Part shown: in pieces, positions 1-8,925 of the stretch
How positions within the stretch are numbered: position 1 is the first letter of the stretch
How the letters are laid out: the number at the start of each line of letters is the position of its first letter
Assembly: GCF_051307035.1 (NCBI RefSeq)
Contig: NZ_CP195536.1
Location: forward strand, 1,710,001 to 1,742,000
Source of the DNA: Psychrobacter sp. DM4
Lineage (GTDB): Bacteria > Pseudomonadota > Gammaproteobacteria > Pseudomonadales > Moraxellaceae
Length of the DNA stretch: 32,000 nt
Reading direction: 5' to 3'
Notes under the pieces: generated by a model
The model's database searches: none
Told to the model about the DNA's origin: nothing
Seen by the model: only the letters and a program-made list of their open reading frames with translations
Program-made: the position numbers and the translations under genes

Positions 1-876
1 AGCATCATAGCCATCGCCGTGAATGGCTTGAACTTAGGGCTTGATTTTACTGGTGGCGTCTCCGCTGATGTCCGCTATGAGCAACCTGTTGAGCAGGTCG
101 ATGTGGTGCAGGCATTAGCAGACAGTGGCTTTGATGATGCCGTTGTACAGTACTTAGGAACGCGCGAGGAGCTACTCGTACGTTTGCCGCCTCAATCTGA
201 TAATATTGACGGACTCAGCACTGGCCTCACTCAAGCGCTAGCCTTACCTAATAACACCGCTGAGATCAGTAATGTCAACATTATTGGTAGCCAAGTTGGT
301 AACGAAGTATATTTGAATTCAGTTATGGCTCTAGCTCTAGCCCTGCTATGTATGCTCGGTTATGTGGCACTACGCTTTCAGTTTAAGCTATCACTTGGCG
401 CGGTGCTCTCACTATTTCACGATGCGGTGGTGACTATCGGCGTCTTTGCGCTGTTTGGTCTACCCTTTGATTTGACGGTGCTTGCAGCAATCCTAGCTTT
501 GATCGGTTACTCACTGAATGATACGATCGTCGTCTATGACCGTATTCGTGAGAACTTTCGCCGCGTACGCGGTATCACGCCGTATCAGACTGTTGATTTA
601 TCGCTTACAGAGACGCTACGCCGTACTATCATGACGATATCCACGGTGCTATTAGTTGTCCTTGCCATGATGTTCTTAGGCGGTGATGGTCTCTATTGGT
701 TCTCAGTGGCGCTATTTATCGGTCTGCTGGCAGGTACTTACTCCTCTACTTATATCGCAAGCTCTATCCCGTTACGCATGGGTCTATCGCGCGATGATTT
801 TGTCGTAAAAGTAAAACCTGAATTTGAAGAAGAGATCGTCACCTTCAATGATCCAAAGATGTTTGAACAAGATTAA
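1..876 (+). CDS. secF: Protein-export membrane protein SecF, C-terminal part (5' end lies outside the window)
   Basis: Frame 1 is open from base 1 (SIIAIAVNGLNLGLDFTGG...), upstream of the ORF-track start at 19. Conserved SecF stretches are present: GLDFTGG and IGYSLNDTIVVYDRIRENFRR. Several hydrophobic TM segments. Stop at 874-876. Confidence 0.92.
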   Translation, partial: SIIAIAVNGLNLGLDFTGGVSADVRYEQPVEQVDVVQALADSGFDDAVVQYLGTREELLVRLPPQSDNIDGLSTGLTQALALPNNTAEISNVNIIGSQVGNEVYLNSVMALALALLCMLGYVALRFQFKLSLGAVLSLFHDAVVTIGVFALFGLPFDLTVLAAILALIGYSLNDTIVVYDRIRENFRRVRGITPYQTVDLSLTETLRRTIMTISTVLLVVLAMMFLGGDGLYWFSVALFIGLLAGTYSSTYIASSIPLRMGLSRDDFVVKVKPEFEEEIVTFNDPKMFEQD

Positions 877-956
877 AGGGTCGTTAAACCTTGGTCAATG
901 CTATTCAAACGATCAGCTATAGCTAATCCTAACCAAGCTGTAAAATTTAAATAATA

Positions 957-999
957 AGCACCTGACTCATAATCGTGAGTATTGGGTGCTTTTATTTTT
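957..999 (+). terminator. Rho-independent terminator after secF
   Basis: Two-part stem: AGCACC (957-962) pairs with GGTGCT (985-990), and ACTCA (965-969) pairs with TGAGT (976-980). A T-rich run TTTTATTTTT follows. Confidence 0.6.
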
Positions 1000-1043
1000 G
1001 TATACTGTATGAGCAATAGACATACTAGTCCACTAATCTAGCT

Positions 1044-2522
1044 TTGATGTTAGCTATAACCCTTAAACCCCATACGTATACGCAAAGTATAAGTGACTCT
1101 CCTATGTCGACAACCTCGCAGGCCGAACACGCGCCTGATATTAAGCCTATTGATACTCGCTACGCGCACATCATTGCGATAGCCTTGCCCGTATTATTGG
1201 CTAATTTAGCGATGCCGCTACAAAGTGTGATTGATACTGCTATCGTTGGTAATATGAACGATACCGCCAAATTAGCAGGTATGGGATTAGCGATACAGCT
1301 GTTGTCTTTACTACTAGTGAGCTTCAACTTTTTGCAATACGCCTCCTCTGGTCTCTCCGCGCAAGTGGTTGGACAGCAAGCTAATAACGAGGTATCGAAC
1401 AGTCAGACAACTGCTCATCAACCATGCCCGCTATTGTCTATTTTACAACGAGCCTTGCTGCTGGCATTTGGCATTGGTGCGTTATTGTTCATCGCAAAAC
1501 CTTGGCTTATCGACTATGGTTTGCAAGCGCTATCGGCAAACCCTGCGAGTGGCATTGCCGCAAAAACCTATCTCGACGTACGCTTTTGGGGCGTAATCGC
1601 TGAGCTGATGAACTTTGCCTTTATTGGCTGGTTTGCAGGACAAGGCAAAACGCGATATATGCTTTATCAGCAAGGTTTTATCGCTATCGTCAACATTGTA
1701 TTGACGCTATTTTTTGTCTTTGGTTTACAGATGGGTTTGGTCGGCGTGGCTTTGGGAACGACGATTGCCTTTTGGCTGGGGGTCGTATTAGCATTATGGC
1801 TCAGCCGCCGCCATTTGCACTTGTCTTGGTCGGCTTTATTCAGGGCTGATCCACAAGACTTTGCCAAACATAAAATGCTTAGGCTATTTTCTTTGAATAA
1901 AGATATCTTTATTCGCACGCTTATCTTGACCCTAAGCTTTGCTTGGGTGACTCGTCTTTCCGCGCAAAGTGGTGATTTGATACTTGCAGCCAACGCTATT
2001 TTATTACAAGTATTGAGTATCTCAGCCTTTGCTTTAGATGGCGTGGCGGTCTCGGCTGAGACCTTGAGCGGTCAAGCAGCTGGTAGACGTGACTGGCGAA
2101 GCTTTCGCATTATCGTCAAGCGTACAGGCGTGGTCAGTTACGGCTTAGCTTTGATGCTCAGTCTAATATGGTGGCTTATCATACCCACTTATCTAGCATT
2201 TATGACCAATATCGATGCTGTGTTCGCTCTTGCTTATGACTATCATATCTATGCGGTGCTACTGCCACTGGTTGGCGTCGGTGCTTACTGGCTCGATGGT
2301 ATCTTTTTTGGCTTGACGGCAGGTAGTGTTATTCGAAATGCAGCGCTAATCTTAGCAGTCATCTTTTTCCCGCTAAGCTGGCTGCTCTATCAGCAATGGG
2401 ATATGACGGGTATTTGGCTGAGTGTCTGGGCTTTGCTATTATTGCGCGTTATTATTCTTGGTGGGTTTTTGTCTCGTGCACATGCTAGTGGCAGTTATGA
2501 GAAGCTACAACCAGAGCGTTAA
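1044..2522 (+). CDS. dinF: MATE family efflux transporter, DinF-like
   Basis: About 12 predicted TM segments. Alignable by eye to E. coli DinF (IAIALPVLLANLAMPLQSVIDTAIVG; LNKDIFIRTL; FALDGVAVSAETLSGQAAG; YWLDGIFFG). The start is uncertain: the longest ORF starts at TTG 1044, with ATG alternatives at 1047 and 1104 (MSTTSQ...), and none has a clear SD. Confidence 0.85.
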   Translation: MMLAITLKPHTYTQSISDSPMSTTSQAEHAPDIKPIDTRYAHIIAIALPVLLANLAMPLQSVIDTAIVGNMNDTAKLAGMGLAIQLLSLLLVSFNFLQYASSGLSAQVVGQQANNEVSNSQTTAHQPCPLLSILQRALLLAFGIGALLFIAKPWLIDYGLQALSANPASGIAAKTYLDVRFWGVIAELMNFAFIGWFAGQGKTRYMLYQQGFIAIVNIVLTLFFVFGLQMGLVGVALGTTIAFWLGVVLALWLSRRHLHLSWSALFRADPQDFAKHKMLRLFSLNKDIFIRTLILTLSFAWVTRLSAQSGDLILAANAILLQVLSISAFALDGVAVSAETLSGQAAGRRDWRSFRIIVKRTGVVSYGLALMLSLIWWLIIPTYLAFMTNIDAVFALAYDYHIYAVLLPLVGVGAYWLDGIFFGLTAGSVIRNAALILAVIFFPLSWLLYQQWDMTGIWLSVWALLLLRVIILGGFLSRAHASGSYEKLQPER

Positions 2523-2595
2523 ATTTATCACAAGTTTTGGATAAGTAATATTAACGAAAAATTATAAAAAGTACGTCAGTAAAATAGGACATTCT

Positions 2596-3324
2596 GTGAG
2601 CACTTCTCTAGAGAAAGTAAATTTACCGCGTCATATCAGCTCTGACTGGACGACAGGCTTCAAAAAAAGCATTCCTGTGGCAATGGGCTATCTGCCAGCA
2701 GGGATTGCTTTTGGTGTGCTCGCGCAAGTAGCGGGCATTCCTGTGTGGGCAACGATTATGCTTAGTGTCTTGCTCTATGCAGGAGCCGCGCAATATGCCT
2801 GCTTGCCGATGCTCAGTGGCGGTCTACCGATAGGTAATATCGCCACCAACATCGCTGCAATTAATCTGCGTCATGTTTTTTATGCGATGCCATTATTGAA
2901 TGACATGCCAATGCAAAAGCTGGCTAAAACGTACTGCCTATTTGCATTGACTGACGAGACCTTTTCGGTGATGACCAGCCTGCCAAATGAGATGCGCCGC
3001 GCCTTGATATTACCTGTTAGTCTATTCAATCAAAGCTGGTGGGTTCTGGCATCGAGTGTTGGCGTTATAATAGGCAGTGTGCTCAATGATCTGGTACCAC
3101 ATTTGGACTTTGCGCTAGTCTGTCTATTTGCCATCTTAGCTTATGAGCAGTTTCAAACTATTAAACGCTATTTTCCGATTGGCATCGCAGCGGTGTCTTT
3201 GGTCTTAGCGTCTTTATTTACAAATGACTGGTTGCTACTCGCCGCTATTACCATTTGTATGCTGCTGATATTGCTTCGTGGATTTTGGTTGCAGCGCTAC
3301 GCAAAGGAAGGCACGCATGAGTAG
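2596..3324 (+). CDS. azlC: AzlC family branched-chain amino acid exporter subunit
   Basis: 242-aa polytopic membrane protein with the AzlC-type N-terminal region (GYLPAGIAFGVLA...LLYAGAAQY). GTG start preceded by AGGA. Overlaps the next small hydrophobic gene, as is typical for azlCD. Confidence 0.85.
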   Translation: MSTSLEKVNLPRHISSDWTTGFKKSIPVAMGYLPAGIAFGVLAQVAGIPVWATIMLSVLLYAGAAQYACLPMLSGGLPIGNIATNIAAINLRHVFYAMPLLNDMPMQKLAKTYCLFALTDETFSVMTSLPNEMRRALILPVSLFNQSWWVLASSVGVIIGSVLNDLVPHLDFALVCLFAILAYEQFQTIKRYFPIGIAAVSLVLASLFTNDWLLLAAITICMLLILLRGFWLQRYAKEGTHE

Positions 3325-3673
3325 TAGCTATTTAATTTTTGCAACGCTTGCTATGGCAGCAGTGACTTTTGTGACGCGCGCCCTGCCTGTTCTCATACCC
3401 AAAAAAATCCTTGATACCCCTTGGTTACATCGTCTAAATGAGAGCTTGCCTTTATCGGTAATGGTACTGCTTATTTTGACCAGCCTCTCTTACCAAGAGT
3501 TATCAAGGATTCATTTGAATAGTGCTGAGCTACATTTGCTATTGGCGCAAATCGGGGCTTTGGCGGCAGTACTACTTATTTATCACATCAGCCGTCAATT
3601 GCTGGTCAGTATGCTCGTCGGTATCGCCACTATTAATGGTTTGCTTTGGTTATTTGCTCGTATGTTAGGCTAA
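3317..3673 (+). CDS. azlD: AzlD family branched-chain amino acid transport protein
   Basis: Small (118 aa) very hydrophobic protein directly after azlC. ATG at 3317 overlaps the azlC stop by 8 nt (ATGAGTAG), suggesting translational coupling. The ORF-track start at 3278 is probably too far upstream. Confidence 0.8.
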   Translation: MSSSYLIFATLAMAAVTFVTRALPVLIPKKILDTPWLHRLNESLPLSVMVLLILTSLSYQELSRIHLNSAELHLLLAQIGALAAVLLIYHISRQLLVSMLVGIATINGLLWLFARMLG

Positions 3674-3690
3674 GCGTTAGTCATAAAAAT

Positions 3691-3720
3691 GGCTGAGCTC
3701 TTATTAGAGTTCAGCCTTTT
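3691..3720. terminator. Bidirectional intrinsic terminator between convergent azlD and purF
   Basis: GGCTGAGCTC (3691-3700) pairs with GAGTTCAGCC (3707-3716): 10 bp including one G-U pair, with a 6-nt loop. An A-run lies upstream and TTTT downstream, so the hairpin reads as a terminator on both strands. Confidence 0.6.
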
Positions 3721-3745
3721 CTATATTTACTATATCGTATGCTTA

Positions 3746-5281
3746 TTACAACTCTTCGACACCCATCATATCAACTGGCGTATCAGCGACGATTTGCACG
3801 CCTTTTTTGCCAATCTTTGCCGTATCGTTACGCCGCTCTTGCAAGTGATCAAGGTACGCTTCATTGATTTGACCGGTGATATAACAGCCGTTAAATACCG
3901 CACAATCAAAGCCTTCAACCTTGCTATATTTAGTATCTTTTACCGCATCGATTAGATCATCTAAATCTTGGAAAATTAAGCGATCAGCGCCAATAATTTT
4001 GCGTACTTCTTCGACACTATGGCCTGAAGCGATAAGTTCGTTACGTACAGGCATATCGATACCATAGACGTTAGGATACTTAACCGGCGGCGCCGCACTA
4101 GCAAAGAAAACTTTACACGCGCCTGCATCACGAGCCATTTGAATGATCTCATGACACGTAGTACCACGTACGATGGAGTCGTCTACCAAAAGGACATTTT
4201 TGCCCTTAAATTCAAGCGGTACCGCACTTAGCTTTTGACGTACTGATTTTTTGCGTTGCTGCTGACCTGGCATAATAAAGGTGCGACCGATATAGCGATT
4301 TTTCATAAAGCCTTCACGGTACTTGATGTTCATCTTCAGCGCCAACTCCATCGCTGAGGTACGCGAGGTATCTGGAATAGGAATGACCACATCAATATCA
4401 TGATCCTCGCCCCATTCTTTGAGGATTTTGTCACCGAGCTTCTCACCCATGCGTAGACGTGATTTGTAGACTGAGATATTGTCCATAATCGAATCGGGAC
4501 GCGCAAAGTAAACATATTCAAAGATACACGGCGTATACTCTTGTTGCTCGACGCATTGATGCGTATGCAGGTTGTGATCTAGATCAATAAATATCGCCTC
4601 ACCTGGCTTTACATCACGAATGATAGTAAACCCTGAACCCGTTAACGCTACTGACTCTGAGGCGACCATATATTCTGTGCCGCCATTCGCAGCTAAACGC
4701 TCACCGAACACTAGCGGACGAATACCATTAGGGTCACGAAACGCCAGCAAGCCATGACCTGTGATCAAGGCGACGACGCCATAAGCGCCTTCAACGCGGC
4801 TATATACCGCTGTTATAGCTTCAAAGATATCATCAGCGCTCGGATGAGTTTTATCCAAGTTTTGCATCTCGTGAGCTACGACGTTTAATAAGACTTCAGA
4901 ATCTGAATCAGTATTGAGATGACGACGGTCTTCGATGTATAAAGATTTAGCCAAGCTCTCAGCATTGGTCAAGTTACCATTATGAGCCAGAGTAATGCCA
5001 TAAGGAGAGTTGACATAAAAGGGCTGCGCCTCGGCACTGCTCGAAGTGCCTGCTGTCGGATAACGTACGTGACCGATACCAAATTTGCCAACCAATTTAA
5101 TCATATGACGGTTCATGAATACATCACGTACCATGCCATTTTCTTTACGCAAGTAAAGTCTACCATCTTGCAAAGTCACAATACCAGCCGCGTCTTGCCC
5201 GCGATGCTGTAACATCGTCAGACCATCATAAAGAATTTGGTTAACGGGTTCATGAGCTGCAACCCCAACGACTCCACACAT
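3746..5281 (-). CDS. purF: Amidophosphoribosyltransferase (glutamine PRPP amidotransferase)
   Basis: N-terminal MCGVVG with the catalytic Cys after Met. 511 aa. PRTase motif [13 protein letters not shown]. Alignable throughout to PurF. Confidence 0.97.
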   Translation of the reverse strand: MCGVVGVAAHEPVNQILYDGLTMLQHRGQDAAGIVTLQDGRLYLRKENGMVRDVFMNRHMIKLVGKFGIGHVRYPTAGTSSSAEAQPFYVNSPYGITLAHNGNLTNAESLAKSLYIEDRRHLNTDSDSEVLLNVVAHEMQNLDKTHPSADDIFEAITAVYSRVEGAYGVVALITGHGLLAFRDPNGIRPLVFGERLAANGGTEYMVASESVALTGSGFTIIRDVKPGEAIFIDLDHNLHTHQCVEQQEYTPCIFEYVYFARPDSIMDNISVYKSRLRMGEKLGDKILKEWGEDHDIDVVIPIPDTSRTSAMELALKMNIKYREGFMKNRYIGRTFIMPGQQQRKKSVRQKLSAVPLEFKGKNVLLVDDSIVRGTTCHEIIQMARDAGACKVFFASAAPPVKYPNVYGIDMPVRNELIASGHSVEEVRKIIGADRLIFQDLDDLIDAVKDTKYSKVEGFDCAVFNGCYITGQINEAYLDHLQERRNDTAKIGKKGVQIVADTPVDMMGVEEL

Positions 5282-5523
5282 AGTTATGTCCTATTTTAGA
5301 TCATATATTAGTATTATAAGAGCTTTTCAGCAGTACTTTTAGCTATTGACCACTCATTTGATAAAGCCTACTAGCATTAGATTTTGCTAGTCAATTTCAA
5401 GTGAGCAGATAACAAATGATATGTACGGTAAGAGCACTAAATACTATCAAATATTTTTTTATCAAGGCCTACTAGAAAAATATAACAACGAAACGGCAGA
5501 ACATAAGGATGGCACGCGAACTA

Positions 5524-6021
5524 CTAGGATGGATTGATTTGGCTCCAAGCGACGCCTAACATATCAGAAGCAAGCTCCTTACCCATAGGCGCATAAGGCA
5601 TCAATTCAGGCGCGATGACTGAGGTTTCCCACTGCGGCAATTGCACGAGCAAAGGCGCGCTTATACTTAAGATCACTAAGACCACTAATATATTTTTGGC
5701 CGCGCCAAGTACGCCTCCAGCGAGCTTATCCACTACGCCTAGATTCAACGTTTTTAATGCGCTCGAAAATACAAAAGCGAGGGTATGCATGACTGCCAAT
5801 ATCACTAAGACCACAACCAAAAATGCTAGCGCCATCTGTAATACTGGGTTCTCTACTATGCCAGATAGCTGCGGCGCTATAGACCCAGCTAATCTGGTCG
5901 CCGCAATCAAAGCAATAAACCATCCTACCAAGCCAACCGCTGTCTTGATCAGTCCTACCTGAAAGCCACGCCACAAGCCAACAAGTACGACTAAGGCAAT
6001 CATTATATCTAGACCACTCAT
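5524..6021 (-). CDS. cvpA: Colicin V production protein CvpA (membrane protein)
   Basis: 165-aa protein with 4 TM segments and a CvpA-like N-terminus (IDIMIALVVLVGLWRGFQVGLIK). It sits upstream of purF on the same strand, the classic cvpA-purF arrangement. Confidence 0.9.
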   Translation of the reverse strand: MSGLDIMIALVVLVGLWRGFQVGLIKTAVGLVGWFIALIAATRLAGSIAPQLSGIVENPVLQMALAFLVVVLVILAVMHTLAFVFSSALKTLNLGVVDKLAGGVLGAAKNILVVLVILSISAPLLVQLPQWETSVIAPELMPYAPMGKELASDMLGVAWSQINPS

Positions 6022-6071
6022 ACTTACTGTCCTCGCTGATATCTACTGTTTTATCGGTAACTACAAAGTTC

Positions 6072-6340
6072 TAGGGCGTGTTGAACATTCGAATATTAGG
6101 GCTGCTGATTGCTAAAATTGCACTAAACTAGGCGCAAACCAACGATAATGTCGAGACCTTAGCTAGGCTTGCAACAACGTTTGGGGTGATTTTGGCATCA
6201 GCCTTTCAGGGCAGTACTGTTTTTTGCCAATATATGGCGAAATTGTTTAACCTAGAATGACTAGGCATCAAAAATTTCACTGCATATTGTCTAAAAAATA
6301 GTCACTGCCAGCACCACATTTGAATGTTCAACAAGCCCTA
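6072..6340. mobile_element. Putative MITE-like non-coding element bounded by 23-nt terminal inverted repeats
   Basis: TAGGGCGTGTTGAACATTCGAAT (6072-6094) versus the reverse complement of 6318-6340, TAGGGCTTGTTGAACATTCAAAT: 21/23 identical. Span is 269 bp with no ORF of 60 aa or more. It lies in the 332-bp pyrD-cvpA gap. TA dinucleotides sit outside a GGGC-starting repeat at both ends. Confidence 0.35.
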
Positions 6341-6353
6341 ATAACAAGCTCTG

Positions 6354-7400
6354 TCAAAGAGATATCTCACTCTCCATAGCATCATAGTAGCCACCAATAG
6401 CTTGGATGCTAGACTGAACTAGGCCAGGACCTCGGTAAATAAGACCCGTGTACAGCTGTACTAAGTCTGCGCCAGCGGTTATCTTTTTAACCGCTTTGTC
6501 AGGGCTATCTATACCGCCCACACCAATCAAAGCGACTCTACCTTCTAATTGATCGGCGAACTGTTGGAGTATTTGAGTGCTGATGTGACTGACGGGACGA
6601 CCAGATAGTCCGCCTGCTTGGTCACCATCGAGCAAATCCTCAACCCCTATTCTACTCAAAGTTGTATTAGTAGCGATGAGTCCGTCAATCTCAAAGTCTA
6701 ATAACTGCTGGGAGATATAGTCCACTTGCTCAGGCTTTAGGTCGGGCGCGACTTTTAGAACTAGTGGAACATAAAAACCATATTCAGTCGCTAACTGATT
6801 ATGACGGTTTTTGATAGTATCCAGCAGCGTAGTTAACGCCTCACCGCTTTGTAGATCGCGCAAATTTTTGGTGTTAGGAGATGAGATATTGACTGTGATG
6901 TAGGAGGCATGAGGATAGACGCGCTCTAAGCAGTAGACGTAATCATCGGCCGCCTGCTCAACAGGCGTACTGGCGTTTTTGCCGATGTTAATGCCGATGT
7001 TACCTTTGTATTTACAGTTTTTGACATTCTCAATCAGATAATCAACACCTTGGTTATTGAAACCCATACGGTTGATAATAGCATCGGCTTGTCTGATGCG
7101 AAATAAACGCGGCTTCTCATTGCCTATCTGCGGCTTAGGCGTGACCGTACCGACTTCGATAAAACCAAACCCCAACTCCGCCAAGGCATCAATATAATCG
7201 CCATTCTTGTCCAAACCTGCAGCTAAACCTACTGGGTTTGAAAATTGCAAACCCATGCATTCTGTCGGATGCATCGACTGTCCGTATACTAAGCCCAAAG
7301 CACGTGCCTTATGAGCCCTATATAACAAAGACAAAGTCATATCGTGAGCATTTTCAGGATCCATTTTAAACAAAAAGGGACGAAGTAAGGCGTAAGACAT
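6354..7400 (-). CDS. pyrD: Dihydroorotate dehydrogenase (quinone), class 2
   Basis: 348 aa with a class-2 N-terminal membrane-association segment ([19 protein letters not shown]). Conserved [17 protein letters not shown] and GLIATNTT motifs. Confidence 0.97.
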   Translation of the reverse strand: MSYALLRPFLFKMDPENAHDMTLSLLYRAHKARALGLVYGQSMHPTECMGLQFSNPVGLAAGLDKNGDYIDALAELGFGFIEVGTVTPKPQIGNEKPRLFRIRQADAIINRMGFNNQGVDYLIENVKNCKYKGNIGINIGKNASTPVEQAADDYVYCLERVYPHASYITVNISSPNTKNLRDLQSGEALTTLLDTIKNRHNQLATEYGFYVPLVLKVAPDLKPEQVDYISQQLLDFEIDGLIATNTTLSRIGVEDLLDGDQAGGLSGRPVSHISTQILQQFADQLEGRVALIGVGGIDSPDKAVKKITAGADLVQLYTGLIYRGPGLVQSSIQAIGGYYDAMESEISL

Positions 7401-7544
7401 AGTGGTGATAAACCTTGCTTAGAGTAGTGAAAAACAAAATAGAGAAATAAGAAAAAGCAGTCAAATCGAGCGCTGCGATTATATCAGCTTAACAGAAATA
7501 AGACTAAAGTTTCGTTTATCATGCGCAGCTTATTGCATTAGCGA

Positions 7545-8087
7545 TCAAGGCACAGGACGTTTGTCAGTCAGCGCAATCCAGCCTCGTACAATGCGATAGA
7601 GATGCCATACAAAGGTAACTGCGATAATCACCAAGCCAAAACCGATTAATAGCACTGATCCTATCGCTATATTGTCACTAGCCTCAAAGATCATGCTCAC
7701 GCCAAGACCGCTGAGTGCAAATAGAATAATGATAATACCAATCACGAACCAGACGATACTGTACCAAAAAGTTTTGATCTGCCAATCAAAATGCGTGGCA
7801 AGCCACGAACCATCAGCTTCTTGCCTTTTTGAATAGTTCATCACAATCGGTACCACCCATAGAAGTCCTGCGGTGAAATAACTGACCACATACAACAAAT
7901 ATGTTAAATAATTATAACCGATTAAAGATCGCTGTTTTTTGTCACTTATCCCTCGCGTAGACGTGTGATGTGCCATGCCATACTCAGTTGAGGCACCAAC
8001 GCGCAAAGGGTCCTGTCTTGCGTCGATATCGGCTGTCTGGGTTCTACGAGTATTGGTATCTTTTTGGGGATCTATATTGTTTGACAT
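7545..8087 (-). CDS. Uncharacterised integral membrane protein (about 4 TM, polar N-terminal tail)
   Basis: ATG at 8087 is preceded by a strong SD (GGAGGTG), so the ORF-track start at 8123 is probably too long. A polar region of about 60 aa is followed by hydrophobic segments and a THFDWQIKTFWY motif. I could not verify a family assignment. Confidence 0.6.
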   Translation of the reverse strand: MSNNIDPQKDTNTRRTQTADIDARQDPLRVGASTEYGMAHHTSTRGISDKKQRSLIGYNYLTYLLYVVSYFTAGLLWVVPIVMNYSKRQEADGSWLATHFDWQIKTFWYSIVWFVIGIIIILFALSGLGVSMIFEASDNIAIGSVLLIGFGLVIIAVTFVWHLYRIVRGWIALTDKRPVP

Positions 8088-8330
8088 AATAAGCACCTCC
8101 AACTGTCTATAACTTAGCGCCATGCCTGATAAACGCTGTGCCTGATAATAATGAATGCTTGTTGTATGACATCAAATGACGAGGTCTTCAGGTAGCAGCT
8201 GTTGAGTAGTGGCTACAGTCACCTGTTAGCGCTGAGATTTTAGTATGCCCACCTTATGATTTTATGCAGCACTTGTTAGAGAAGACAAGCTCAAAGAGGA
8301 TTGTTTATGGCGCGTTTACTCAATGTACCG

Positions 8331-8362
8331 ACTTTAAACAACAATTACTTTAAACAATAATT
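8331..8362. repeat. 16-bp tandem direct repeat, 2 copies, just downstream of the gspM stop
   Basis: ACTTTAAACAACAATT (8331-8346) is followed directly by ACTTTAAACAATAATT (8347-8362), 15/16 identical. Confidence 0.8.
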
Positions 8363-8364
8363 AC

Positions 8365-8925
8365 CTAAGAGGTAATGGTTGCTTGAACCGTAATAGATTT
8401 TGTCAATTCATCTTGCTCCATAGCGAGCTGAGTGAACTGCCATCCTTGCTGCGATAGCTGACTTAGGGCCGTGCTAACCACTGCTTGACTTGCATTGTTA
8501 AAACTCAGCTGTACTGACTCGCCTGTTGCGACCACTTGGGCATCAACAATGCCTGAGTTGCTCAGTAGCGAGTTGACTCTAGTGGCAGGCGCTATAGCTG
8601 CGCCCTCAGCGCTATTCGCCGCTAGCGCATTGTTATCGACATTACTCGCCTGCGCGCGTAGCCAAAAGTAGTCCGCAATCTGCCCCTGGTACGCCTCTTT
8701 GCTGCTCTTAGCCGCTTGATGCACACTATAGCCACCGTAACCCCCCAAGAAAATCAGTAAAAATAGTGACAGAATAATCAACGCAAGCTGATCTCTTGGT
8801 GATAGAGTCTGCCAGCGCGAACCTAGCCCATTTTGATAACTATTGACCTTGTCTATAAAAGTATTAGAGCTGGACATATTTTTGGCTACGGCCTTATCTT
8901 TTGAGCGTCCTTTTATAAATTTCAT
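8365..8925 (-). CDS. gspM: Type II secretion system protein M
   Basis: 186 aa with a single N-proximal TM. GspM-like region RWQTLSPRDQLALIILSLFLLIFLGG. The ATG overlaps the gspL stop (ATGA at 8922-8925). Confidence 0.8.
   Translation of the reverse strand: MKFIKGRSKDKAVAKNMSSSNTFIDKVNSYQNGLGSRWQTLSPRDQLALIILSLFLLIFLGGYGGYSVHQAAKSSKEAYQGQIADYFWLRAQASNVDNNALAANSAEGAAIAPATRVNSLLSNSGIVDAQVVATGESVQLSFNNASQAVVSTALSQLSQQGWQFTQLAMEQDELTKSITVQATITS

Noticed and set aside
1003-1026. Possible LexA/SOS box (CTGT...ACAT) upstream of the dinF-like gene, by analogy with E. coli lexA-dinF
   Set aside because: The spacing (CTGT-N11-ACAT) and the half-sites do not fit the CTGT-N8-ACAG consensus. From memory, Moraxellaceae such as Acinetobacter lack a canonical LexA.
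877-1103. Possible riboswitch or leader (for example guanidine/ykkC-type) ahead of the MATE exporter
   Set aside because: The region is explained by the secF terminator plus a short spacer. I see none of the conserved ykkC-type sequence blocks.
3689-3955. 88-aa plus-strand ORF overlapping the 3' end of purF
   Set aside because: It begins inside the azlD/purF terminator hairpin and runs antisense to purF. It is a shadow ORF.
6132-6186. PurR-box-like sequences upstream of cvpA-purF (GCGCAAAC at 6132-6139; GCAACAACGTTTGGGG at 6171-6186)
   Set aside because: Only about 10/16 matches to the ACGCAAACGTTTGCGT palindrome. The first is a lone half-site. As far as I recall, a LacI-type PurR regulon is not established for this family.
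8227-8252. 14-nt exact match TAGCGCTGAGATTT shared with 17375-17388 (starting at the xseB stop codon), with loose similarity for about 12 more nt
   Set aside because: I estimate about 4 chance 14-mer matches between any two places in a 32-kb window counting both strands. I saw only two copies, and the flanks need gaps to align. It might be worth a genome-wide count, but it is not supportable from this window.
8307-8360. 17-codon plus-strand mini-ORF MARLLNVPTLNNNYFKQ with SD GAGGA 6 nt upstream
   Set aside because: It lies between two minus-strand genes with no plus-strand promoter I can point to. Half of it is the 16-bp duplication. A single SD-ATG pairing is weak evidence, so conservation or ribosome profiling would be needed.
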